Origin: Klebsormidium nitens
Taxonomy: Eukaryota; Plantae; Klebsormidiophyceae
Direction of reading: 5' to 3'
Length of the DNA stretch: 64,000 nt
Assembly (NCBI GenBank): GCA_000708835.1
Contig: DF237254.1
Span: forward strand, 41,898-105,897
In this document: piece by piece, positions 12,455 to 31,615 of the stretch
Layout of the letters: each line of letters opens with the position of its first letter
Position numbering within the stretch: the first letter of the stretch is position 1
The notes under the pieces: generated by a model
What the model was told of the DNA's origin: nothing
Seen by the model: only the letters and a program-made list of their open reading frames with translations
Databases searched by the model: none
Position numbers and translations under genes: made by a program

Positions 12455-15101
12455 ATGACGGCATTCCTCGAGTGCCCCGTTTGTTTTGGGCTGCTCCACA
12501 ACGCTGTGGAAACCGACTGCGGGCACTGCTTCTGCGCAGACTGCCTGAGCAAGACACGCAAGCATGACAACAGGTTTGTCCCCGTTATTTTGACCAAACT
12601 GCTTGCAAAATGCAGGTTTAATGACAACCGCTGAAATACGGGTAATGCACAGGTGATACAGCTCTCTTTTCAAGCAACCTGCCGATCTACATCGAGGGGG
12701 AAGCATGAAAAAATTGTCAGGTTGCTAGTACGTCGCAGACTCGACTAACTTAGTCATCTCAATTTTCAAGCTTCCTTTCTACCTCGAACCGGCATTGTGC
12801 TTGCAAAGATCTGTAGCGTCCAAAGTCCAACGGTAGCAAGGTTCTCTGCGTGCAGCAACATTACCCCAATGTGTTCTTTGGTAAAGTAATTGAGGCATCA
12901 AAATCAGTCGTAACATTGAAGGGAGAGTGAGCAAGGTTGTGAAAGGCAGTTAGCCAGCTCAAGCTTCGATAAGCACGTTCCCTTAGAGCTAGTGCCAGCT
13001 CATTGAAACCGACACTTCCTGTACTAACCTTGAGATAAGCACCTTCATGCACCTTCATAGATTAGGTGGTCATGCAAATGTGCTGTACCTAACTTTTTCC
13101 TCCAAAGACCACGATGGATTGCACTGTCTCTGGCCTTCTTCTTACCACGCACTTCTGAAAAAGTTACCTGATTGAGCAGAGTGCTTGTTTCTTGCAGTCT
13201 GCAAGTGATATCATTTAAAGCCAGGGCATATTACAGCGCCATCTGATAAGAATTCCTCTGCCCCCCTCTCACAACTTCAGCAGAAACGTCCCCATCACGT
13301 GTCGTCGAACTCGCCCTTCTCTTGGCTCTTTTCCCGTCCCTGAAAGATGCATTGCAAAAAATCACTTTCTCGCAGCTCCGTTGTTTCCCCTTGTTTCATG
13401 AGCGCCGTCGTTCTACGCACGATACATCCTTCAATCTGCTCCTGCGCTGACCTCAAGATGACGTCACGTCGTAGCTGACCGACCTGCCGGAAGCCGATTT
13501 GATTCATTCGTACACCCGAGCTTCCATTGTCAAAGTCACTCTGCAACTGCGGTGTTTCACGGGACGTACTTCTACGGGTCACGTTATTCGATGTCACTAC
13601 GATATTATCTTCTGTTGCGCTGACCTCACGATGACGTCACGCCGCAGCTGTCCAACCTGCCGGAAGCCGGTCCAGTTCGTACACCCCAGCTTCATCGTCC
13701 GGGACTTGGTCCTCAAGTACGGCGGGTCCGACGGGCGCGCGAAACTAGAGGCGGACGCCGCGGCGCAGCGGGAGCGGGACGCGGACGTCGACGAGCATGA
13801 GGATCCGCTCATCATTGCGATGCAGTTCAAAAAGTGGACGGGTGAGGGGAAAGCTTTCGATTGTGGTAAAAACTTGAGCTTGGTGTCGATTTTGGATCGT
13901 TACGATCTCGGATGGGGAAGGTGATCTCGGATCCAAGGCCCGCTCATTGGTGTGATGCAGTTCAAAAAGTGGACGGGTGAGGGGAAGGCGATTGTGGGAG
14001 AGTGTTACCGGCCGGTCCAAATAGCAACGCTACCGTGTGATTTGAACACGACGAGTTCAGTCTGCAAGGTTAGGCAGGGGGACGCAAAGATTGGCAGGAC
14101 CGGTTCCGCAACTGAGGTTCAGACAAACCGTGCCTAACCGAAACAAACAGACATCTTTTTGGCGTCAGAATCTGAACGGCAGCGCTGCAACTCTTGGTCG
14201 TCCCCCAGCCATTTCGTGGTTCTGCGGCCGCCTGTAATTAAGCTTGATGCATTTGACTTTGAATTGTAACGAGCTCGGACGCGCAAACCTGGGGAGCTGA
14301 TCTCGCACTCAAGATCGAAGAAGCTCGTGTACATAGCTCGCGGCGTCTAGTAGCCGAAGACTGACTTAATCGAGTCCGGGATTGTCCGTCCCAAACAGAT
14401 GACATCCGGATCAGGGGCACGACGTTTTAAAGCTCTTGGAACCGTACCTGCGTCAAGCAAGTCACTTGTAAACAAATGCAAACAATAGACTTCTTGTTAG
14501 CCCATACATAGTCGAAAGCGGACACGTGAGGTCTGCGGGGGTGAGCAGTATCTCATCCACAATGCCGGATGAGCGTTTTCCTCATGGACACGATGATTAA
14601 GGTTACTTTGTTTAAAGTACTTCTTGTGTCTGGTCGGAGTTTAAACTGCTTTCAAAGGATTACCCGCCTGGCTATGAGCAATGAGTCTTGCTTGTTCCGC
14701 CGTGTTGGTTGCTCAGCCAGGGTCTTGCCAACGCCACTTGGAAATCGGCGCTGTCCTCCTCTAATCCACAACCCACAACCCCTACTCTCTCTGAAAATAT
14801 CGAGTTCATAGATTAAGGCGCTTGGTTAAGTAGTCTCGGTCGAGTCTATTCCAGCAGTCTCGGTCGAGTCTATTCCAGAACCCACAACCCCTGAAATCTT
14901 TGAAGATGTCAAATTCATAGACAAAGGCGCTTAATTTAACCAATGTCGGTCGAGTCTTGTTGCGCAGAGTGTTGTTGTGGAGGTGGGAGCGGCGCGTTTG
15001 ATCCGGAGGACGTCTTCTCGCGGGAGTCCCTAGAAGAGTTCATGGCTGCGGACAGTTTTCACGACACCCTCGTCAGGGTCAACAAAGCGATCAGAACGTG
15101 A
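12455..15101 (+). CDS. Small C3HC4 RING-finger protein (~148 aa), putative E3 ubiquitin ligase
   Basis: Exons 12455-12573, 13648-13841 and 14968-15101 splice in frame: MTAFLECPVCFGLLHNAVETDCGHCFCADCLSKTRKHDNSCPTCRKPV...KKWTECCCGGGSGAFDPEDVF...KAIRT*. Canonical CxxC..CxHxFCxxC..CxxC spacing. Confidence 0.85.
14770..14967 (+). repeat. Tandem duplication of the RING intron 3' end (three copies of t(c/g)tcggtcgagtct...cag)
   Basis: The aacccacaacccct...ttcataga...aggcgctt unit occurs twice, and 'tcggtcgagtct' occurs three times, each followed by an AG. Confidence 0.8.
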
Positions 15102-15535
15102 GCCCCGGCACTTGGCGTTATCTATTACCTGCTTTGTGCCTCTGTCTCATTGACGGAAACAAGAGTGGAAATACATCTTGTGTCGTACTTCTGCTTGCCG
15201 GAACTGGGTTGATTGCTTTGACCAGATTAAGTAAGCGCAACTAAATCCCTTGGTTTACACCCTTATAATTTCTACTCAGAAACTGAGAGGTCAATCAACC
15301 TCCTACTGAACTCTGAAATTTGTATGAACCAAAGGAAGGACTTTAGAGTCCCGTTTTCCGTGTGGTCTCTGTAGCCTGTCTGCAGCTACGACCTTGACTT
15401 TTAAAAAGTACCTGATTCAGTGCTTCGGTCGACGGAACGCCTTTTTCGACGGTTGCCAAAAAGCAGCCGATGCACTCTCGTATGGTTATCAAATGACGCT
15501 GAACTAACCCGAGCAGCTCCGGACGGAGTCCCTAC

Positions 15536-18500
15536 ATGCGTCTCTGGGGATCTGCAGACGTCGTTCCGTTCCGCTGTTCCGTTCAGGTGGACGCCCGGCT
15601 GCTGCTCGACCGGACTGGCGTACTGCCTCTGGCCGTGCTGCTGCTGCTGCATGCTCTTTGTCTTCTCGTGAGTCCTTGCGTCCGCTTTTGCCCTTTTGAA
15701 CTTAATGCAGATTCCACCACATTCGGGTCACGATCCGTTTATGATGACCCTAACGGCATTCATTCGCGCGAGATCTTAGGCATGGCGCCTGTGCTAGTGG
15801 CTTGCATTGAAGAACGTAGCTGCGTGCTGGCAGGCGGAATGCGGGCTCGACTTCGATCATCTCAAGCAAGCATGAGCGTCTCTTGTGAACCCCCTACGCT
15901 ACAGTTGTAGAACGTACAGAAAAAGAAAATAAAACAGATTGACATCTGTAAGCCCGACCTTTTCAGAGTTCTGTGCTTTGTCTGATTGCCTCGATAAGAG
16001 TGAAGCCCAGCGTCCGCTTTCGTCATCTGCCCTTGGATGTAAGAACGAGAGCCAACAAGAACGGTTTGTTTCTGGTCGGCCGATAAGAACAGAGAACCAT
16101 TTTGATTGTTTTTGCAAAATCCTCCAAATCGTTTCCAGAAGAAGCCGGAAGTTTAGAAAAACTTGATTCAAAACCCTTTTTTTATGTACGCGCGCGCAGC
16201 GAGTACGCGGTGTGGCAGGTCGAGGTCGCGCTCAAGGACGCAAACGAGGCGGCCGCGCGCGCGCAGGCGGGGCACGTGTGGACTTTAATGCACATGGACG
16301 GCGAGGACCGGGAGGCCGGGCTGATCGACCACCGGTTCTTCTTAGTGCTAACCATCGACCCGGTTAAGGCGCGCAAGTACATGAAAACCCTGGTCAAGCC
16401 CCCGGGGGATTCCCCGGGACAGGGTGGACAGGCGCCGGGAAGCGCCGAGGAGATCGAGGCCGCGAGTGAGTGGTGCTCCGCTTTCTTTCAAAAGATGCCG
16501 TTGGGGATGGAAGGTAATTCTGGAGTTCCTCGGGGATTGGTTCCTGCGGGGTGTTCGCTAGCCGAAATCAGGGCAAAGAGTTGGTAGTGACGCGCTTCGA
16601 AGAGACAATGCCTGCACTGGAAGCTTGAGTCTTAGCACCAGAGTAAGTGAAATCCCTCGATGCTTTGTCTAAGGGGCTCTTCGAGACGGAAGGGGTTTAT
16701 GAAAGAACCGTTCATCCTTGAACATCTAAGCACGAGCTATTATTCGGAACAACGTTGGGTAAAGCAACCCGACAGTGTCAAAAGTCGCGGGCAGACTGGC
16801 CGATTGGCCTTACAGCAAGTGCAGTTAGGGGCGAGTGGAGCCTGACTGTGTAAGTGATTCCTTGAAACTATAATCAAACCATTTGGCATGGATTCTGTTT
16901 GTGCCACTCTTCTTCTGGCGCCGCTAAACAGTAGAACCATCCAAAATCAAGCCGTAGCATCTAACCAATTTGATCAGACTCCCAACCCTGAAGTGAATCT
17001 CATCAAACCCCGCCCAAACCTAACCCCTAAACCCCGCAAACGCAGGGCGCCTCGCGGCCGAAAAAGACGCGGCGATCCGAGGGCGAGATCGAACGAGATT
17101 CTGAAACTCTTCTTTCTGCTCAAATCGCCCAGATAGAAACTCACTCAACTCTGTCTCCCAGGCCTCACAATCCATGGCGTTGATAAGCCCTTCGCGCAGC
17201 TCCCACCTCTAAACCCAGTTTTATCCACCCCGCCCTAACCTAACCCTTAAACCCCGCAAAACGCAGGGCGCCTCGCGGCCGAGAAAGACGCGGAGATCCA
17301 ACGGCTGAAGCGCGAGAACGAGCTGATCAACGGCAAACTTCTGGAGCGCGGTTTGAAGATCGTCCGAACGGTGTCCGGACGGGTGGTCTCGCCGGTCTTT
17401 CGGACGGCGACCCGTCCGAGCACGCCCGCGCGCGCGCGGTCGCCCTTCAGCGCGCAGTCGTCGCCGTTCAGCGGCAGGGACAGCTTGGGAGGTAATAATT
17501 TGGGGTTAAGAGATTGATCTAAAGGGTTATGTTTGATTTTGAAGATCTGGAAGAAGGCGCTTTGGAATGTTCAAAGCTTTGCATTGCCGAGAAAGGCGAT
17601 CGCTTCGCCATGTGACATCTTCATGTCAGACGCTGCCCGTCCGTTTCAACTAAGATCATGGATGCACCCAAGTTGGTGGTATGTACGGTACTTGATGTTT
17701 TCCGGAAGCCCACGACAATTTTTCGACTTTCGAGTGTACCCAAACATTAAAACCCCATACCCAAACTCAAACCGCAAACCCCAAACTGCAAACCCCAAAC
17801 CCCAAACCCAACCCAAACCCCAAACCCAGACCCCAACTTCCAACTTCCAAACCCAAACTTTCCCCTTCACAGCGTCTCCTCTCGGTGACTCCCCGGGCAG
17901 CCCCCGACTGCCAGACGTCGACGAGACGGCGGTCCTGGAGGATGACGTAGCAGCACAGACAACCGTTGGATCACTCGCGTCACACAGTCTCGACGCCGCC
18001 CCGGACGCTTCCGGCGACACTTCAGATTCCGCTTCCGGTTCCGCTAGGCATCCGATCTTCTCGTCGGGTATGGACCTGCCCCAAATCAGCCTGCCCAGGG
18101 TGCGCGTGCTGCGCGCGGGCTCGCGGAGGATGACGGCATCCGGAGCAATGACGTCACCACGCGCGGTGAGTCGACGGCTCATACGCTATCATTATCTTTC
18201 TGTGACGTACGATGCTTTTCATAGGTGTATTGGGTAGAAAATTCCGTCCTTTCCCTCTGTTTTTCTTCATCTCTGCTGCCATGCTGCTTCTGTCGTGTGC
18301 TCGGCTCCTGTCGGCTGGTTAGCGCGGTTTCCTCTTAACAAATGAAGGTGAACAACGGAATCGTCCCAACCCGTCCGTGTACATATCAATAAACCAGCTT
18401 CTGTCGGGAGCAAATGACGTCACTCAGCAGATAACCGCCTCGATCTTACGTTCAGAAGCCGGCTCTGTTCGCCTCGGGCCATCTGTTGAGAGCGAAAACA

Positions 18501-19101
18501 GAGTTAGCTCCTTGCTATCATTTCATAAATGCGAGAAGCGCGTCTGGAAAGTTTGAAGCTTCCTCCTTTGAAAGCACGAAACGGAGTGGCATGCGGTAAC
18601 TTCTGATGTGAACAGAGTACTTTATCAGATTGCAAGAAGGGTCCGAGCCTGCCACGTGTCAGGACACGCCCGTCAGAGAGTGGCAGTGGCTTTCTCCCAG
18701 CATGAGAAGACTACGAGTTTTGTAAGATTATGGCGCCAAGCAATCGACCAATCCCTTTTGTATGCTAAGTCTTGACCAGGAAGTGACCGGTTGCTGTCTT
18801 GGTGATACGAAGACGTGCTGCGTGCTCCACTGACAAACAATTCGAGATTTAAGGAAAAAATGGAAACGCGTGACTTGAAGAATGATATACTGGACTGCAG
18901 GAGCTGTCTCCGACCGCACAGACGGCCGACGCGGCAAGGCGGCGCGACCGCGTCATGCAGGAGCCGGCCGCGCAGCAGATGCCGCCGCGCGCGGAGCCGG
19001 CCGCGCCTAACAACGCCACGCACGCCATAACAGCAGCGGGGCAAGCTAGTGTCAACGGAGAGAGCAATGGGGCCCCGGGATACAATGGCAATGCTCCATA
19101 G
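15536..19101 (+). CDS. Hypothetical protein (globular-looking segment, short coiled coil, Ser/Pro/Ala-rich tail); start exon uncertain
   Basis: GC3-rich exons 16200-16465, 17267-17491, 17873-18165 and 18901-19101 join in frame with GT/AG sites and end at TAG 19099-19101. The upstream exon(s) near 15536-15900 could not be resolved. Confidence 0.6.
17735..17865 (+). repeat. Degenerate (AAACCC)n telomere-like tract at an intron 3' end
   Basis: aaaccccatacccaaactcaaaccgcaaaccccaaactgcaaaccccaaaccccaaacccaacccaaaccccaaaccc lies immediately upstream of the AG at 17871-17872. Confidence 0.85.
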
Positions 19102-20260
19102 ACCGTGACACCGTGGCGGCCGTTTTGATATTTGACTGTCAAGCCATCAGACTGCAGGCTGTGTTGTCGTGCGTTCATGCGTTCCTTCTTCATAGACGGG
19201 CCTCGCGGGTGTAGAATCCAGTACTCTCTGCTCGTGTCAAAATGCTCAACGTCTACGTACAGCTAGGTCCCCATGCGACGGGCACTGTGCAACTCTTCGA
19301 AGTATTGTTGTCAAGCCCGGCGCGTTTGGCAAGCGCGCCCGCGCCAACTTTGCTGATATAGGCGGTGCATCGATCCAAGTGTCCAGCAACATATGCAAGT
19401 TTGTACGCTCATGGTGTCACGCCTGATCGACTCTCATGTAAGCCTCGTCGAGCCAAAATAATGATACTATTGATGAATGATCTTATGAACTCCATGCATG
19501 ATCTACTCGCATCATGTTTAATTTTGACGCTTTTGCCGCGACACACATGTCCCGCTATGGGTACCGAGCCTAATCAAATACCGGCCGAGCTTGTATCGCA
19601 TGACAGCACACAAGCCAGGACTCAACCATGTGTCGCATGCATGCATGGTGAGGCTGCACTTACCCAAAATTTAGCAACTGGCCGTTCGATCCGGATGATC
19701 GCGACAACGGTTGCAAGAGACAGACACCATTTCCTAGGCTCAATATTTGCCGCGGTCCCGGGCTGGTCACAGGTGACAACCGGTCGAGCTAGGCTGCATC
19801 ATGCACGTGAAACCAGAAAAACCATGTCACGATGCCTGTGGCCATGCATGCCGAGCTCACAAGGCACAACTTATGCTGTGGATTGGGTATACATGCACAA
19901 GCATTGCACCTTCCAAAGCAGATGTATTTCAAGAAGTATCCTGTATAAAAGCTTTAATCAGCGTCGGATGTGAATGCATGTGCCAACCTTTAGGTTGACA
20001 ACTATTACGTGGTATTAGGGGGTGCTCCAACTCTGACCGACTGGCCTCCAGTGACATCCACTGCTTTTTGACTACGCGGCAGCCTGTACAAACGATGCCA
20101 CTTGGATACCTAACAAATGCTTTAATATGAAGTCACCAGTAGCTTCGAATTGTGGGCGCAGACATAGCAGATTACTAGAACATTTAGACCGACTTGTTGA
20201 CGCCACATACACACAACGGGCATCAAAGAATGCAACTCGCACAATTGCGAACGGGGTCGC

Positions 20261-26950
<6,690 letters not shown>

Positions 26951-29210
26951 CTGGCGGCTGGACAGGGCTCCGAGAGTATGCTAGACGGTGCCTGTACAGA
27001 AAACGCAAAATGTGTACCAGAGAAAGTCCCACTCTGACTTCTCCCGCGGAATCAATCTTTTTCCTTTGGAAACTGAGGAATGCGAGGTTCGGGCTGTCGA
27101 AACTGGTGCATGTGTGACACCCTAGCTGAACGGCAAAGCTCCAGGAAAACCCTGCAGACGAAACAGAATAAGGCCCTGACCGTTTAGTTTCGGGGTGAGA
27201 GCTGCAAACCTGCCAGGTGCCACTTGCAGTGACAATAGTAGGTATGTGGGAGTGGTTTTTGCCCTAGTGGAAGTTGCTGATAAGGATTGCATAACTACTT
27301 CCAAAGCTTCGTGAAGCAAGATCTCTGAGGGGGAAGAACAGACAAGAGGCTCGCGATGATTCCATCTGTCAGCATAAGGAATGACGTGGATCAAATGCAG
27401 TGGCCAGGCAAAAGTCCAACGTGATGGCTACAGGTTCAAGGCCAAGCGGAATTAGCCATGAAGCCAATTGAACGGCATCATGAGTGCATGATACTCGATG
27501 AACATTTTACTCACGAGCTATCTTGGATTTAGAGAAGGTTCTTCAAGTGAAAGCGGCGCAATTGCGTCGACAAGTGTACAGACTACGAAACACTTTCATG
27601 TATGAAGGACGGTGGAGGACCCCGTTGAGATTTCACCGGGTATGATCCTGGATTTTTGTAGAATTTTGACACAGAAAAGGCTGCGACCGCAAAGAGGTGC
27701 GCAAGAGCAGGGGCTTGATGGATTGCCGAGGCAAAAGTTGGTGATGTGAGCTTGTCTAAGTAGGACCCAGCATACGGAGGAAAGCAGTTGCGAGTGCCTG
27801 TTAGGCACTGCTGGTGACAGCCACATATGTTGGAAACCAACAATGTCCTGACCAGCGAAGCAGCATTCTGGGCAAGAACTTGAAGTCTTGTTCTCCTTGG
27901 GCATAAGATTTTGAGGCATTATGATCAAGGTTCGCATCCAGAAATATGCGAATACAAGAGTTGAGCCGACTGCAGTTCATGCATCACCAAGGAAGATCAG
28001 GAAAATGGAAGCACATTATTGAACACATTGACTCCGCCCTCTGATGCAGCAGGTGGTATGGACAACACTTTCCTGATCAGATCAGAAGATAGAATGCAGG
28101 ATCATTCCAATCAGATCTATCTGTGAAAGGTCCACATTTGAGAGATCTTCAAGCCACCCTCACAAAAGTAGAAGCGCCCGGGTATACGCGATGGACACGA
28201 AGCTGCTTAATCTGACCACCTCAGCAAGTACTCAACAGCATGACGAATCGTGGATTCTGGTTCGAACAGCCGCAAATTGTAAGGCATTGCTTTCAGGAGA
28301 CAATGCTGGGACCGATGTCGCAACATTAGCAAGTTGATCCAGTCAAACGATACACACTTACCTTGTGCGAAGGAGATCGAGCCTGGTAGCAGCAGAAAGC
28401 CAATGCAAATTGCAATGCGGTTGCGACCGTCTTTCCTGTTCGCAATTTTCCTTTCAACGGTGTTCATTCCCACGTGAAATCTTGTGAGCTACTGAGTAGA
28501 CAGATCTAAGCAAGACACAACTAGAACAGGGACAGCACAAGGACAAATATTACAGTAAACTTATAAGACTCGTCAAAACCTTTATCGCGCAACGTAGAAC
28601 ACCACCGCTACTAGTTCAAGCAAACCGCAAATATCGGAAAAAGCGTTCGTTGAGCTGTTTTCCACTTTTACACGTGGCGCAATGAGGTCTGCCACCACTT
28701 TGTGCTGAATCATCGCTTTTTGAAAAGTTCAGGGGGCCTTGACCACAGTCAATGATTGATGTTTCAGATGAATCACCACACCGCGTCAGCATGATGAAAG
28801 CGGTGGAGATGAACGGCCCTTTGCTTATCCACCTGTCACCTTCGGCCTTATCCGTACTCGTGGTGTGTGTTTGTTGGCGGGCTGCAACTCGACAACGGCT
28901 GCCAGGTGTGTTCAAATGCATTAAATGTCAATCATGCTGGCGGCTGCGGCTCCGTGACAGCACGCACGTCGCACACACGCCGTGCCGGAAAGCATGGGCG
29001 GCCGCAGCTCTCCAGTCGATATCCAGATTAAACCTCGGAACAGATCCATCATATCGGATCTGTTTGCCCGTCTCAATTCATTCAGCAAGTCCACCTCGGA
29101 ACTGCTTTCGAGAGCAACTGCTCATTGCACCTACCAGTCACTTCCAAAAGATATCTTCCTAGAATTGGCGCTCCTTCTTCCACCTCTTTGTTAGCAATTC
29201 CTATCCCTCA

Positions 29211-31615
29211 ATGGCGTCTCCTCCAATGAAGTCGCTTGGGCTCGTCCTTTTGGCCTTGTTTCTGCTCTCACAGGCAGCTCCAGCTTATGGGGCTCGCAGT
29301 CTGGCCCGTGGTGCAGTGGACAACCTCGTGTCAAACTTGCCTTCATGGATGATGCCAAGGTCCCTGTGCATCCCCACAGTGTCTTCCTGGGTGGAGAAGC
29401 ATGAGGGAAGGCATCGTTGTGTGTATGAGAACGAGCAGGGCGATAAGGCAGTGAGTTTCTGATCCAAGCCATCTATGTTTGATGCAGCCTTTCCTTCATG
29501 TTATTGTTGTTGCAAAAGGGTCCAGCTGAGACTTCCGTGCATGGGAGAGCTGTGCTCAACCTCTCCTCTGTCTGAGGTCATCAGAAAGGGTGACGATCTG
29601 TAAGCAAGGGGTTGATGAGCTAGTTTGGATTACTTGCTCTAGCATCAGAGTTGTAAGCAGATGTTGATAGCATATTTACCAGAAGTGGGTGCATGCAGAC
29701 CATCAGGGGTCCTTATGAATAGATCATGGGGGGTATAACCAGCCAGGCTCGTACAGGAGTTGACTGGCTATCAATTGTTGGGTGGTGGTCACAAAGGCAA
29801 TTACTGCTCTTTCTTACAGATGTGACAGAACTGTAAGTCTGAAACCTCTGGGCTTTCTTGTCGCAGCTTATCTACTATGTTCTGGAGCAATTTTGAGTGA
29901 GCCCTAAGGTCAGAATTGAGTGATCTGCTCCAGCAATTCAGACTGTCTCATATTAGATACTCAAACCCCTGCAAGGCTGGCCAACCTTCAAATTGCATGG
30001 TCTATGAGGTGGAATTCAACATGATGTATATCCTTAGCGCAGTGGGTTTTCTCTGCTGCAGATTGGTGTGAACTACAACCTTGAAGACGACCGCTCAGCA
30101 AGAAAGAGCGAGTTGAAGACGGTTCTGGCGGACTATGAGAAGGTTCTCAAGGGCGAGCAGTGCCTTAACGATGTACAGATTAGCGCCCTCCTACTTGCTG
30201 ACACAAAGCGCAAGTAAGATTGTGGTTCCAACTTGATACGTGTATGCTTCTCTTTGTGGCTGTGCCTGGAGTCTGCTTGTTGGTCTTAGGCACTGGTAAC
30301 GATTGACAAAGGTTGTTGTTGTTGACCATGGCGCCTGTCAGGATTTGGCCCCTTTTAAGGGTCCCCAAAGCCATGTAGCAACCAGTGGTGTAGTTGCAAG
30401 GTGGATTGTCAGTCTTCGGTTAGCCAAGGTTGGTGCAAGACCCAAGACTGGGTTCCTCCTTGTTTGTTGTAGGATTAAGGATTACGTTATGCAGGATTAA
30501 GGACTACGTTATGCAGGATTGGGTGAGCCGTTGTTTGTGTGGGACTGACAATCACTGCTTCTCTCATGATTGGGTTACCTGTAGTCTCCGGAGGATGGAT
30601 AAATCTGGCCATGCAAAGTCTGGGTCCATTTGTGAGTAATCCTGCTTGTGATGGTGATTGAGTTACTTATTGAAGACTGTCTTTACAGGCTGGACGAGGT
30701 TGCTGAGACAGTCCATAAGCTGGACGATCTCTGCTGCGACATTCAAGCAGTTCTGGCTGACCTAGACTGGTCTATGGGCCAGAAGGGGCTTGATGACTCT
30801 GACGTAAGGCTTCCTCGCATGTTTCTTGAGTTTGAAGTACATCTGCTTGGGTTAATTTTGGTTTAGCTCCAAGTCTTGAACACGCAGAGCCTTCTTGTTG
30901 GTTGTAGCAGATTATGGCTCCTAGACTGGGTTATACTCAGATTGGTGGTTTGGTATTTGGCATTGTGTTGGCATTGAGCAGTCAGAGCATACTGCAACCT
31001 GCCTTTTATCCTAGAGGTTCTAACCATAAGTGGCATTTCGACCTGTATTTTCCAAACTGTAAAATCCTAAAGTGTTCATCACAAGTTGCGTCCTGTAAGA
31101 TTTTGGCAGGCAAAATCTTTTTGCTCTGAGCAGACACGCTGATTTAGTGGTGCAATCTATGCTTATGTGTGGCGTTAATGCAGGTAACAATTCCAATTCA
31201 GATTCAAGGATCGAACTCATTTAGACAGGTCGACTCAATGGGTACAGGCAGTCCTGTGGGGAGTGGTTGCTGACAACGTGGGTTGTCTCAAGTTATAGCA
31301 CTCTCTTTCGGCAGAGTTGACAAGCTCATCAGTTCTATGGGTACTTAGAGAGATTGCTTCTATCAACTTGTTTTCCAATTGCCCGACTTTCTCTTACTGA
31401 ATTAGTCAGCTGAGTTGCTTATTGTCTTTTTGCAGTCTTTCTTGAAGGAAACTGAGAACGGTAACTGGGAAGATGCCGCAACAGCACTTCGTGCTACTAT
31501 CTGGTGCGTTAGCCACAAGAAGCGCTGCGATGCTGATGTGGCCAAGATTGAGAAGGGCTGCAGCAAGGGGTTGAACCTGCCCGACTTTGTGCATACGACC
31601 TACTCTCAACAGTAG
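29211..31615 (+). CDS. Secreted T4/GH24-like lysozyme-family protein (228 aa), catalytic motif degenerate
   Basis: Exons 29211-29450, 30062-30213, 30689-30803 and 31436-31615 splice in frame. Signal peptide (LGLVLLALFLLSQAAPAYG). HEG-x5-Y-x4-G-x3-IG motif, 'ADYEKVLKGEQCLNDVQI', 'QAVLADL..SMG..GL', 'GNWEDAATALRATIWC....RC' resemble eukaryotic T4-type lysozymes. Confidence 0.75.
30471..30520 (+). repeat. 22-bp tandem duplication in lysozyme intron 2
   Basis: aggattaaggattacgttatgc aggattaaggactacgttatgc aggatt. Confidence 0.85.

Noticed and set aside
17735-17865. A true telomere or chromosome-fusion scar
   Set aside because: The tracts are short, degenerate and confined to introns of intact genes.
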